Assembly: GCA_963575745.1 (NCBI GenBank)
Contig: CAUYUJ010000058.1
Span: forward strand, 1 to 64,000
DNA: 64,000 bases
Direction: 5' to 3'
Source of the DNA: Prorocentrum cordatum
Lineage: Eukaryota
Positions 1 through 11,199 of this stretch are shown piece by piece (within the stretch, counting starts at the first letter, position 1; each line of letters starts with the position of its first letter). The translations under genes were made by a program, and so were the position numbers. The notes under the pieces are model-generated. The model made no database searches. It was given only the letters and a program-made list of their open reading frames with translations, and was not told the DNA's origin.

Positions 1-254
1 CTGAGGCTGAGGCTGAGGCTGAGGCTGAGGCTGAAGCTGAGGCAGGCTGAGGCTGAGGCTGATGCAGGCTGAGGCTGAGGCAGGCTGAGACTGAGGCCGA
101 GGCAGGCTGAGGCTGAGGCCGAGGCAGGCTGAGGCTGAGGCCGAGGCAAGCCGAGGCAGGCTGAGGCTGAGGCTGGGGCTGCTTCTGAGACAGGCTCAGG
201 CTGAGACAGGCTGAGGCTGAGGCTGAGGCAGGCTGAGGCTGAGGCCGAGGCAGG
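1..254. repeat. (CTGAGG)n hexamer satellite with CAGG interruptions
   Basis: Direct reading of tandem ctgagg/ccgagg units from the window start. Confidence 0.95.
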
Positions 255-256
255 CG

Positions 257-1145
257 AATCCTTTGGAATCCTTAGGATTCCCTAGGAATCCTTAGGAATC
301 CACAGGAATCCCCAGGAATCAGGATTCCTAAGGATTCCTGAAGTTTCCTAAGGATTCCTTCGGATGCCTAAGGATGCCTTAGGAATCCCTAGGAATCCTT
401 AGGATTCCATTGGATTCTAAGGCCGTTGCCACTGCGACTGTCATTGCGAATGCGACTGCGACTGCGACTGCGACTGCGAGAACAGCAGAATTCTACAACT
501 GGATTCTCACCTGAATCTTAAGGGGAATGCTTCCTGATATGCTTATACACATCGCTGTTAGGTTGCTTTGCCGGGATAATTAGTCAGGAATCCCCACTAA
601 GGAATCCTTATCAAGTAACCCTTATTAAGGAATCCTTACCAAAGAGCGTGTTCTACCGCTGCTGGCGGAAAACCGGGGGGGGGTCACTAGGGGTTCCCAA
701 CCCGCCCCCACCTCTCGAGAACCGGGGGGGGGTCACTAACGTTTCGAACCCCCCCCAGTCCATTGTGTAGACGGGGGGGGGTCACTACCGGTTCGAGCCC
801 CACCCCCTCGAAAACCGGGGGGGGGATCACTTCCGGTTCGAACCCCCCCCGCCCTTCGCAGTTGGCAAACGATTCCCGTTCAGGGGGGAGGGGGGTGAAT
901 TTCGAAGTGGGGGGGACCCCCGGTTTCCAGAGGAAGGGGGGAATTTTCCACAGTAAAGCGGCGGTGGATCACGCTCTCTCTTACCAAGGAATCCTTTTAC
1001 CAAGTATGAAGGAATCCTCAGTGAGGAATCCTTAGTAGGGAATCTTTGGTAAGGAATCCTTATGGGAAATCCTTCTCAAGGAATCCTCATTGGAAGTCCC
1101 TATTAAGGAATCCTTACTAAAAATTCATATGAAGGAATCGTTCCG
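257..1145. repeat. GGAATCCTTA / AGGATTCC degenerate short satellite
   Basis: Many ggaatcct and aggattcc units in both orientations at 257-420, and aaggaatcctta units at ~585-640 and 980-1145. The element at 641-979 interrupts them. Confidence 0.8.
641..979. mobile_element. Non-autonomous TIR element (MITE-like), ~340 bp
   Basis: Imperfect TIR aaagagcgtgttctaccgctgct / agcggcggtggatcacgctctct. CTTACC flanks both sides (635-640, 980-985), and removal restores aggaatccttaccaagga. Confidence 0.7.
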
Positions 1146-1877
1146 CATAGTATTCGTATTGGAGCCTTTGAGGGTTCGCAGGGATCCTACAGTATTTGAT
1201 AGAGGAGGAGGAGGAGGAGGAGGCGACCCCCGCCAGCGCAGGAGAGAGTAACGAGAAACGTAAATCGGGAGATTTATAGATTTACGTACAGTTTGTTGAG
1301 GTTTGCGCCCCCCCCCCTGGGGCAACAACAGCAACGTTTGGCCCAGGAGAGTGCGTTCGCCCTGTGGGCGAGGACGCCACCACGGGACCCGCCGGGGTGG
1401 CCTGAGGGGTTGTTCTTGCGTTGTTGCTGCTGTTGTTGTTGTTGTTGGTGGTGGTGTTGTTGTTGGATTCTCATTTCTAAAGAACACGTATTGTGGATCC
1501 CCCCTCCGGTAACCATTGTATGTTTTCTATTGACGTGCTGCTCCTGGGGCTCGCACCGTGCTTTTTACAAGGGAGGGCGCGGGGCCACCAACCTGTGCCC
1601 TTGGCCCCCGAGTTACAACAACAACGGCTCCAGCCTGATACCTCCTCACAACTTATTTAAAATGTCGCGATTTCTCGCGGGATTTCCTCACACATTATGC
1701 AGGAATCACGTTCTCGCATGGGACTTCCTCGCAATTTATTTACACGCCGCGCCGTCGACACTCAGGAATTACGCCCCCACTTTGGCACTTCTCACGATTT
1801 ACTTGGGAATCGCGCTATCGCTCGAGACTTTTTTCCGATTCATGCAGGACTCAGGCTTCAGCAACCCAAATGGGAAT

Positions 1878-2130
1878 AGCCGCTGGGGCCTTCGGCGCAG
1901 CTCCCAGGTATGGGGCCACGATCCTCGTGGGTGGAGTGCCGAAATGGGTGCAGCCACTGGAGCCTTCGGCGGAGCTCCCTGGTATGGGCCACGATCCTCG
2001 TGAGGGGTGTGCCGAAATGGGCGCAGCCGCTGGGGCCTTCGGCGCAACTCCTTGATAGGGGCCACCACGATCCTCGTGATGGGCATGCCAGGATGCGCGG
2101 AGCCGCTGGGGCCTTGGGTGGAGCTCCGTG
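1878..2130 (-). repeat. ~77-bp tandem repeat related to the 19.2-22.7 kb arrays, opposite orientation
   Basis: Units gccgctggggccttcggcgcagctcc...tatggggccacga are the reverse complement of the cgtggccccatagggagctccaccgaaggccccagtgg core. Confidence 0.8.
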
Positions 2131-2170
2131 GTAGTAGTAGGTGGTGGTAGTAGTACTCGTAGTAATACTC

Positions 2171-2235
<65 letters not shown>

Positions 2236-2333
2236 CGTAGTCGTAGTCGTAGTCGTAGTCGTAGTCCCAGTCGTAGTCGTAGTCGTAGTCGTAGTCGTAG
2301 TCGTAGTCGTAGTAGGAGTAGGAGTAGGAGTAG

Positions 2334-2372
<39 letters not shown>

Positions 2373-2399
2373 CAGTAGTAGTGGCAGTAGTAGCAGTAC

Positions 2400-2450
<51 letters not shown>

Positions 2451-2531
2451 CAGTAGTAGTAGTACTAGTCGTAGTAGGAGTATTCATAGTAGTAGTAGTA
2501 GTAGTAGTAGTCGTCGTAGTAGTAGTAGCTG

Positions 2532-2569
<38 letters not shown>

Positions 2570-2724
2570 TGTAAGTAGTAATAGTAGTATAGTTGTTAGT
2601 GAAGGTTGGGTTAGTAGTAGCAGTAGTCGGTTAGCAGTAGTGTCCAGTAGGAGTCGTGTAGTAAGTTAGTAGTAGTAGTAGTAGTTGTAGTTGTAGTAGT
2701 CGTAGAAATAGTTAGATTGTTAGT

Positions 2725-2786
<62 letters not shown>

Positions 2787-2984
2787 ACAGTAGAAGTAGT
2801 AGTCGTAGTCGCCGTAGTGGTCGTACGATTAGTAGTCGTAGTCGCAGTCGAAGTCGTAGCCTTAGCAGCTTTAGTAGTCGTAGTAGTAGTAGTAGTAGGG
2901 TTAGTGGTCGTAGTTGTAGGCGTGGCAGCGGTAGTAGTAGTAGTAGTAGTTCATTTCAATTTAAGTAGTCTCATGTTACTAGTG

Positions 2985-3020
<36 letters not shown>

Positions 3021-3022
3021 TC

Positions 3023-3103
<81 letters not shown>

Positions 3104-3122
3104 ATAGTAGTATTAGTAGTAA

Positions 3123-3196
<74 letters not shown>

Positions 3197-3280
3197 GTAG
3201 TAGTATTAGTAGTAGTCGTAGTAGTAGTGGTAGTAGTAGTCGTAGTAGTAGTGATAGTAGTAGTAGTCGTAGCCGTAGTC

Positions 3281-3312
<32 letters not shown>

Positions 3313-3415
3313 CGCAGTAGTGGTAATGGTAGTAGAAGGAGGAGTAGTAGCACTGGTCGTAGTAGTGGTACGAGTAGTAGTAGTAGTAGCAGTAGTAGTT
3401 GTTGTAGAAATAGTC

Positions 3416-3462
<47 letters not shown>

Positions 3463-3642
3463 CGTAGGAGTCGTAGTAGTTGCAGTAGTAATAGTAGTAG
3501 TAGTATTAGTAGTCGTTGTTGTAGTAGTTGCAGTAGCAGTGGTTTCGTGTTTACTCGTTAGTAGCAGGTCGTATCGTAGGAGTAGAGTCTAGTAGTAGAA
3601 GTAGTAGTAGTAGTAGCAGTAGTAGTAGTAGTAGTAGTAGTC

Positions 3643-3724
<82 letters not shown>

Positions 3725-3751
3725 AAGTAGTAGTAGAAGTAGTAGTTAGTG

Positions 3752-3830
<79 letters not shown>

Positions 3831-3853
3831 CAGTAGTAGTAGTAGTCGTAGTG

Positions 3854-3908
<55 letters not shown>

Positions 3909-3979
3909 ACAGCTAGGTAAGGTAGGTAGGTAGATAGGTAGTTGGGTGGGTGGGTGGGTAGGTGGGTAGGTAGATCGCT

Positions 3980-4034
<55 letters not shown>

Positions 4035-4035
4035 C

Positions 4036-4066
<31 letters not shown>

Positions 4067-4160
4067 TAGTAGTAGTAGTAGTAGTAGTCGTAGTCGTAGT
4101 AGTCGTAGTCGTAGTAGCAGCAGCAGCAGTAGTAGTAGTAGCAGTAGTGGTCGGAGTCGC

Positions 4161-4213
<53 letters not shown>

Positions 4214-4257
4214 ATGTAGATGTAGATGTAGATGTAGATGTAGATGTAGATGTAGAT

Positions 4258-4323
<66 letters not shown>

Positions 4324-4533
4324 ATACTTGCAGTAGTAGTAGCTGCATTATTATTAGCAGTATTACGATTCGCATTCGGATTCGTATTCGTAGTAGTGGT
4401 ATTAGTAGTAGTAGTTGTTGTAGTAGAAGTAGCAGAAGAAGTAGTATTAGTAATCGTAGTAGTGGTATTTTTATTATTAGTAGTAGTACTAGTAGTAGTA
4501 GTAGCAGCAGCAGTAGTAATAATATCAGTAGTT

Positions 4534-4567
<34 letters not shown>

Positions 4568-4635
4568 GTAGTAGGTAGTAGGTAGTAGGTAGTAGGTAGT
4601 AGGTAGTAGGTAGTAGGTAGTAGGTAGTAGGTATT

Positions 4636-4690
<55 letters not shown>

Positions 4691-4770
4691 CAGTCGTAGT
4701 AGTCGTAGTAGTCGTAGTAGTCGTAGTAGTCGTAGTAGTCGTCGTAGTAGTCGTCGTAGTAGTCGTAGTA
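2131..4770. repeat. Long degenerate (TAG)n microsatellite with embedded (GGCA)n, (TAGATG)n and (GGTAGTA)n tracts
   Basis: Direct reading. Confidence 0.97.
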
Positions 4771-4827
4771 GTGCGGATTCTTGAGTATGACTCGCTGCGC
4801 TGGTGTGCACATGCCTGACCCTTGCAG

Positions 4828-4884
4828 GAATACGTCGGGGTGAGGAAGGAGGCCGCAGGAGCTAAGAGAAGCGAAGTCGAGAAG
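4828..4884 (+). CDS. Candidate host-gene micro-exon (EYVGVRKEAAGAKRSEVEK)
   Basis: ttgcag|G acceptor, AAG|gc donor, 57 bp open in phase 0, unique sequence between repeats. Confidence 0.35.
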
Positions 4885-5619
4885 GCTTGTTGTGAGGGTG
4901 TTGCGGGAGGGGGGGGGGGGCAGTTGTTTCCGGGGGGAGTGTCGGACGGGTCGGCGCTGGCCGCCCTTGCTTTGTTGAGCTCTCACGATTGAAGAATAAT
5001 TATTGTTGTTCCCCTTCCCTCCGGTGCACATTGTATTTTTTCAATTGAAGTCCCCTTCCCGGGGCTCGCACTTTTTTTTTATCAGGGAAAGTCTTGAGGC
5101 TCAGACTGTGCCCCTGGCCCCCGGGGTACAGCAACAACGGCTCCCGCCTGAGACTTCTCACAATTTAGCCAGGACCCCTGCTCCCGCCTGAGAGTTCCTC
5201 GCATGTTATTCAGTGGTCGCGCTCTCGCTTGGGACTTCCTTACAATTCATTCCGGAATCGTTCTCTCGGCGCTGTGGAGTCGCGCTCTCGCTGGAGACTC
5301 GCTTGCAATTTACTCAAGAATAACGCCCTTGCGATTGAATTTCTTGCAATTGTTGACGCTTCGCGTATCCCCACCAGCCCATCCAGAAACGATGCTCAGG
5401 GGAGTTGAGGTGATCAGGGAAGTCGGGGAGCATGCAGAATAACAAAGGGCGGGGGAAGCTGTCACAGACCCCGAGAGGGGGAGGATGGAAGAGGAGTCGT
5501 CGTCGTCGTCGTCGTCGTCGTCGGAGGAGGAGGAGGAGGAGGGGGGGAAGAGGAGGAGGAGGAGGAGGAGGAGGAGGACGGAGAAGGAGGAAGAATCGGA
5601 GGAGGAGGAGGAGGAGGGG

Positions 5620-6331
5620 AAGGAGCTTCTTGGGGGTCTTTTGAGGGCCTCTTGGAGGGCTTTTTGGGCGCCTTGGGGCATCTTGGGCGCCTCTTGGGAC
5701 CCTCTTGAGGCGCTCTGGGGAGCCTTCGGGGCGCTTTTGGGGCCATCTTGGAGGGAGTCGATCAAACAAGAGGGGGGGTTTAATTAGCGTCCCCCCTCGG
5801 AAGCCCCTAAAATCGCCTCTTGGACCCCTCTTGGAACGCTCTTGGAGTGCTCTTGGGCGCTCTTGGGGCCGTCTTGGGGCTCTTTTGGGGCTCTCTTGGG
5901 GCCCTCTTGGGCCATCTTGGAGCCATCTCCAGGCCTCGGATGGCCATCGGAAGCGAAAAGGCGAGAAAGCAAAAATCATTGATTTTCCTTAGGTTTTGGG
6001 ACGATTTTGGCCTCTTCGGGGCCTCCTTGGGGAGCTGTTTGGCCACTTGGAGTTATCTTGGGGCCGTCTTTGGGCTTCTTGGAACCATCTTAGGAGCCAT
6101 CGTGAGCGATCTTGCGCTATCTTGAGCCATCTTGGAGCTCATCTTGGGTTCTCTGAGGCGCTCTTGGAGCCGTCTTGGGCCATCTTGGACGCTCTAACTA
6201 CCCGCGGCCCCCCCCGTCCAGGTCCAGGGGAGGGGGTAGGGGGAGGGGTAAACCCCTCCCCAAGGGGGAAGAGGGAGGGGTGGAAGAGGATCTGCTCTAG
6301 ACCACCTACGCCCAGAGGGCTGGTGGGATTA
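5620..6331. repeat. Dispersed GC-rich repeat with ~11-bp ggggcc(a/g)tctt-type subunits
   Basis: Recurrent tcttgggg/gccatcttgg subunits. Similar ccaagag-rich subunits occur on the other strand near 45900-46500. Confidence 0.55.
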
Positions 6332-6419
6332 ACTGAAGCGCCGGGCCCCCGACACTCAGGCACCCAGGAGTCGCGTTCACGCTTACGACTTCCTCACAGA
6401 TTATTTAAGAATCGGGACC

Positions 6420-7292
6420 TCGCTGCCCTTCGTGGCCCCGTTGCAGCCCTTCGTGGCCCCCTCGCGGCCCTTCGTGGATCAGCTGCAGCCTTCCATTGCT
6501 CCGTTGCAACCCTTCGTGGCCCCCTCGCTGCCCTTCGTGGCCCCGTTTCAGCCCTTCGTGGCCCCCTCGCTGCCCTTCGTGGCCCCGTTGCAGCCCTTCG
6601 TGGCCCCCTCGCTGCCCTTCGTGGCCCTGTTGCAGCCCTTCGTGGCCCCCTCGCTGCCCTTCGTGGCCTCGTTGCAGCTCTTCGTGGCCCCCTCGCTACC
6701 CTTCGTGGCCCCGTTGCAGCCCTTCGTGGTCCCGTTGCTGCCCTTCGTGGCACCGTTTCAGCCCCTCGTGGCCCCCTCGCTGCCCTTCGTGGCCCCGTTG
6801 CAACCCTTCGTGGCCCCCTCGCTGCCCTTCGTGGCCCCGTTGATGCCATTCGTGGCCCCCTCGCTGCCCTTCGTGGCCTCCTATATGTGTGCCCTTCGTG
6901 GCCCCCGCTCGTTTGCGCCCGTCGTGGCCCCATATGCATGCCCTTCGTGGTCCTGTTGCTGCCCTCTGCGGCCCCGTCTTTGCCATTCGCGGCCCAACAT
7001 GCGCATGCCCTTCGTGGCCCCCGCTCGTTGGCGCCCGTCGTGGCCCCATATGCATGCCAGTCGTGGCTCCGCTGTCGCCCTTCGTGGCCCCTCGCTGTCC
7101 TACGTGGCCCCATTGCTACCCTCAGTGGCCCCGTCGTTGCCTTCTGCGGCCCCGCATTATCTGCCCTTCGTGGCCCCCGCTCGTTCGCGCCCTTCGTGGC
7201 CCCATACGCATTCCCGTTGTGTCCCCGCTGTCGCCCTTCGTGGCCTAGTTCATGCCCTTCGTGGCCCTGCTGTCGATTTTTCTCTCGCTTTC
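6420..7292 (+). repeat. 21/42-bp minisatellite (core cccttcgtggcccc); left part of the unit split by the Copia element
   Basis: Alternating cgctgcccttcgtggccccgt / tgcagcccttcgtggccccct units; paralog at 17026-17765. Confidence 0.92.
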
Positions 7293-7548
7293 TGTGAAAG
7301 TTGTATTAGCAAGGATGTGAGTTATATGATGATGCTGAGAATTATCTATGTTGCTGTTCTCGCTCGCTCATGTTTGCACTCTTTTGTTCACTATTGCCGT
7401 TTTTGACTTGGACCCGCCAGCTGTGGCGGGAGGGTGGGCGCATTCTACGACTGTCTAGCTTGACATCGGAACAATATCAGATCGCACTATATCTATTTCT
7501 TCTTGCATCAAGAGGTTGTGGGTGGAGAGATCAGGATCAATCTTTACA
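7293..7548 (+). repeat. 5' LTR
   Basis: tgtgaaagttgtattagc...ggatcaatctttaca; aligns end to end with 16360-16610, with roughly 15-20 differences by eye. Internal hairpin cccgcca-gctg-tggcggg at 7413-7430. Confidence 0.93.
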
Positions 7549-7549
7549 C

Positions 7550-7560
7550 TGGTAGCGGGG
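7550..7560 (+). promoter_or_regulatory. Primer-binding site, probably initiator tRNA-Met
   Basis: TGGTAGCGGGG lies 1 nt after the LTR and is complementary to a tRNA 3' end CCCCGCU-A-CCA. U72/A73 fits the A1:U72 pair of eukaryotic initiator tRNA. Confidence 0.75.
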
Positions 7561-7809
7561 CTGAATCAGTCCACGGTACGAGGATTCCTTTTCAGAGTGG
7601 CCGTGCAGATATATGCTGGCGCTCACTTGCATCCTCGCGGTGCTAAACCACTGCGCTCAACAGATCACGGTGATCGACAAAACGTTCAAAATCATTAGGA
7701 CGAGGATCGTTGCATCGACAGCATCGGGGGCGAGCAGCAAAACTACAGCAGCAACGATCAAGACAGCTACTACATCAGTGACGAGCTCAGTAGCATCACG
7801 GTCATCAAG

Positions 7810-8940
7810 ATGACGTCCAGGCAACAGCCGCAGTTCAATGATGCCCCCCTCTTCGTTGACAAGGAGGGCGTGGTGCACTGCAACGGCGGCCCATCCTATG
7901 GCGAGGAGTTCGAGGAGCGCGCAATACTCGGCCACCACGCGAGCGAGGAGAACATCAAGAAGCTCTACGCGATCATGCTCAAGAGTTCCCTAAATGGACG
8001 AGCGTGGACACTTACACGAAAGAAGGTTGAAATCAGTGCGCAGGCAGTTTTGGACGAAGCAGGTAATGACCCACTTGCTGCAGTCAAACTGGCGGTAACT
8101 ACAGTACGACAGGCGTGCGGGAGAATCGCGCCACTACAGAAGCAGCAAACGTTCGAGGATTATTTCTTCCGAGGTTTTAGCAATCGAGCGGGGTCTGTGC
8201 AGGACTACATATCGAGGCGAGAGACGGAGTACGAGCGGCTCATGTGACTTTCAACGAGCACAACAGTCAGCGAAGACCTACGGACACAATTCCTACTAAA
8301 GCTAACAAACATCAGCGTGCAAGAGCGCAAGGCGATCCTTGGCCAATGCAACAACGAGTGCATCTGGGACGATGTGACGGCAGCCATGCTGATGCAGCTG
8401 GGCAGCACAGGCCGAGACGATCGTGGACATGGAAGATACGGGGCCTACCCGGTGGACAACGACGACGAATAAGAAGATGCTCTACTCGGAGGCGAATGAG
8501 CACCGTGCGACGAGGACGTGTTCCTGAGCGATGCGGACTACGACGCATTTGCAGCGGACATCGACGAGCTCGAAGGAGTGATTGACGACGTGGACCCGGA
8601 AGAGATCAGCCAGGAGGAGCGCGACGCTCTGGCGACGGAGACTCAACGTCTTGGCTGGGAAGCTGGACGGCGAAACCACAAGCCCAACTACAAGCAGGCC
8701 CGGGGGCGGCTTGCTCAGAGCAAGTCGAATAGTGGATGGAAAGCCAACATCAACCAGCAGGGCTCCATCCATCAAGATGGACAGCAAAGAGGCTGAGGAT
8801 AAGCTGAAGCAGATCAAGGCGCGCGCGAAATGCAACGCGTGCCACAAGAAGGGTCGCTGGAAGGGTGACTCCGAGTGCGAAAAGACGAGGTCACCAGCGA
8901 GTGGATCCAGCGCGCTACAACGTGGAGGACGAGGGGGCGT
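7810..8940 (+). pseudogene. gag: Copia gag (disrupted) with zinc knuckle
   Basis: ATG at 7810, in-frame stops at 8245 and ~8470, plus frameshifts. CNACHKKGRWKGDSEC at 8831-8878 is a CCHC knuckle with H replaced by R. Confidence 0.75.
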
Positions 8941-9779
8941 GGAGGGCGAGGCTGTCACGGACGACCTGGAGGTTTTCTACGACGAACTGGATTCGCAATG
9001 GCGACCGCGGTCAAGCTGCTGATGGCGGACAGCTTGGTGGACATGACCGCCATTCAGATTGTCAGCGGCCAGCTGGCAAGCATAGACGCGGCGATGGAAG
9101 AGATCACGAGTCTGACAAAGGTGAGAATCGACACCGAGGAGCAGATCGTGAACCCCTACGCGGTATTCGCAGCAGGAGACCAGCCGAACTTCCAAGAGAG
9201 GATCGACCAAGCGCACGAACTACACCCAGTACATGAAGAACATCCGGCACAAGAAAATGACGAACCCCTGAGCACTCCAGTGAGCTCAACGAGCAGACCG
9301 ACACCAGGGGCGTGGTCGAGGACTGAGCCCAGCAGACCAAGTACAGACTACCTGGAAGAAGACAACACAGAGGCCGACCTACAGAAGATACGAGATCGCG
9401 CGGAGCAGATCGCAGCGCTATGGGTAAGCTGCGAGAACATGGAAGCGGCCTACAGAGACTATATGGATTTCTGTTTGGATTGGGCCCTACATCGCTCCCA
9501 GCAGCTCATGCACATCACCATGGAGATGGCACCGAACGGTCTCAGGAGTATGGCCTACGATCTATGCCAAGCAGCCTGGGACAGGACCTCGGAGCTTCGT
9601 GACATCGCGAGGAGTACCTGCGAGCGCCTACCGATTGGAGTACGACCGACATGGTTGTGGACGCAACGCCGAGCTGGAACTAACTACGTTCCAGAGGGCG
9701 ACCGCGCACCAACAACATGGCGGCAGCAACCTTGCGAGGAGCTGGGAGAAATCGAAGCCTACGCAGTACGAGAAGGACC

Positions 9780-10150
9780 TATTCCAGATGGACATGCTGT
9801 ACTGGACACTGCGTGCCTACGTGGATGTGGAGGTTCAATATCACTGGGCGGCTATGCAAAGGACGGCAGAGTCACCGCGCGGATGAGAGGATCATCCATG
9901 CGCTTCCGAGGCGTGAATGATAGCGCCCCGGTCATGGCAGAAGGTCATGACGGCTGGACTTGCTGGAGCTGACGTGAACCTACGCTTCCAGAGGTTGCCG
10001 AAGTCAAAGATGCCAATGCTGCTGAGCATCCACCAGCTGGAGGAGCTCGACACAGTGATATACATCAAGGATCGGAAGGCGGACTTCAAGGCGATCAACA
10101 AGTACGGAGTGCCTCTCAACAAGACAGAGAAGGGACACCTGACGATCTCG
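9780..10150 (+). pseudogene. Retropepsin-type aspartic protease (frameshift near 9950)
   Basis: GHAVLDTACLRGCGG active-site motif at the end of ORF 8875-9972, then PMLLSIHQLEELDTVI in ORF 9917-12058. Confidence 0.8.
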
Positions 10151-10369
10151 CTCGAGGAGTGGCCGAAGAAGGAGACGACAAAGATCGAGCCATCAGTCAT
10201 GTCCGACGAGATCGACATCTGGAATGCGGAAGTCCAAGAGATCGATAAGGGCATCCTACGGCGGAAGCAGGGAAAGCAGATTGAGACGTGGGAGAAGGAG
10301 ATTCAGGACATGCTGGACCAGTGCCAGCTGATCGTGGACACGCTGAAGGCGGACCCGGAGGAGAAGCGG

Positions 10370-10990
10370 CCCATCATCTGCGAGCTCTACGCAGGTGGCA
10401 TGACAGCCAGATCAGAAGCTCAGCAGCGGCGGCATCCCGTGACGAGGCCGAGGGGCATCATGATCGGGGACGACCTGCTGGACGCGAAGTCGCAGAAGAC
10501 CGTCCTGAAGCAGCTGAACGAGGATGACCCCTACATGACCATTGTGGGTTTCCCCTGCGACCCGTTCACGAACATATCCCACATGTTCCCGAAGGATACG
10601 AAGATGCGAAAGTTGGCGATCGGCATGCAGCACTTGCAGCTTGTCAAGAGGATCTGGCTCAACTGCAAGCGCCGAGGAGCTCATATGCTACTGGAAAACC
10701 CGTTGACGTCAAGAGCATGGCAGCTTATGCCATGGCTGGGCTCAGAGTTCGTGAGCGCGATGATGCACCAGTGCGCCGAGGGCAGCAACCTGGTGGACTT
10801 CATGGGCGATCCAGTCAAGGAGCCGACGAGGTTCGTGACGCCGGCCATCATGCTCGGCAAGAAGCTCAACAGCATCAGGTGTGACGAGCAGCACGTGCAC
10901 ACGAGCGTGATCAACAGGCCGAAGGGAACAGCATCAAGCCTTGGGAACTGGACCAAGGAGCTGGCCAAGACGATCTTGGACGGCATCGAG
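10370..10990 (+). CDS. C5 cytosine DNA-methyltransferase-like domain within pol
   Basis: Ordered motifs: I CELYAGG (10379), IV GFPCDPF (10547), VI LLENP (ENP at 10694), VIII-like HQCAEG...KEPTRF (10766-10834) and X-like GNWTKELAKTIL. Confidence 0.8.
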
Positions 10991-11199
10991 GATCAGCGGG
11001 ACCTCGAGAAGCAGCATGGTGGCTACGCCCGGTACGCCAACAATTTCGACGACGTCGACTGTGACGAGTTCGAGGCCAACCCTGCGGAGACAGAGGCGCC
11101 GATGCACGCTAGCGCGGCGGCGATCTTCAGCCAGCATGGCGAGAACATCGAGATGTCGGAATGGGCGGCGGTGCCGCCGCTCATGCGAGCAGCTATCAA

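Noticed and set aside
735..850. tRNA genes suggested by GGTTCGAACCC
   Set aside because: No cloverleaf, A-box or anticodon arm; the motifs lie inside a TIR element.
1858..5031. Long poly-Ser/Val/Leu/Thr ORFs, and likewise the poly-Met/Asp/Ile ORFs at 54-56.8 kb and 60.4-62 kb
   Set aside because: They are translations of triplet microsatellites.
6121..6135. cttgagccatcttgg as a minus-strand spliced-leader relic
   Set aside because: The match is short and explained by the gccatcttgg subunits of the surrounding repeat.
5996..7406. ALRGP / PFVAP repeat proteins (also 17.0-18.0 kb and 18.8-20.6 kb)
   Set aside because: Stop-free minisatellites open in several frames on both strands, with no coding signal.
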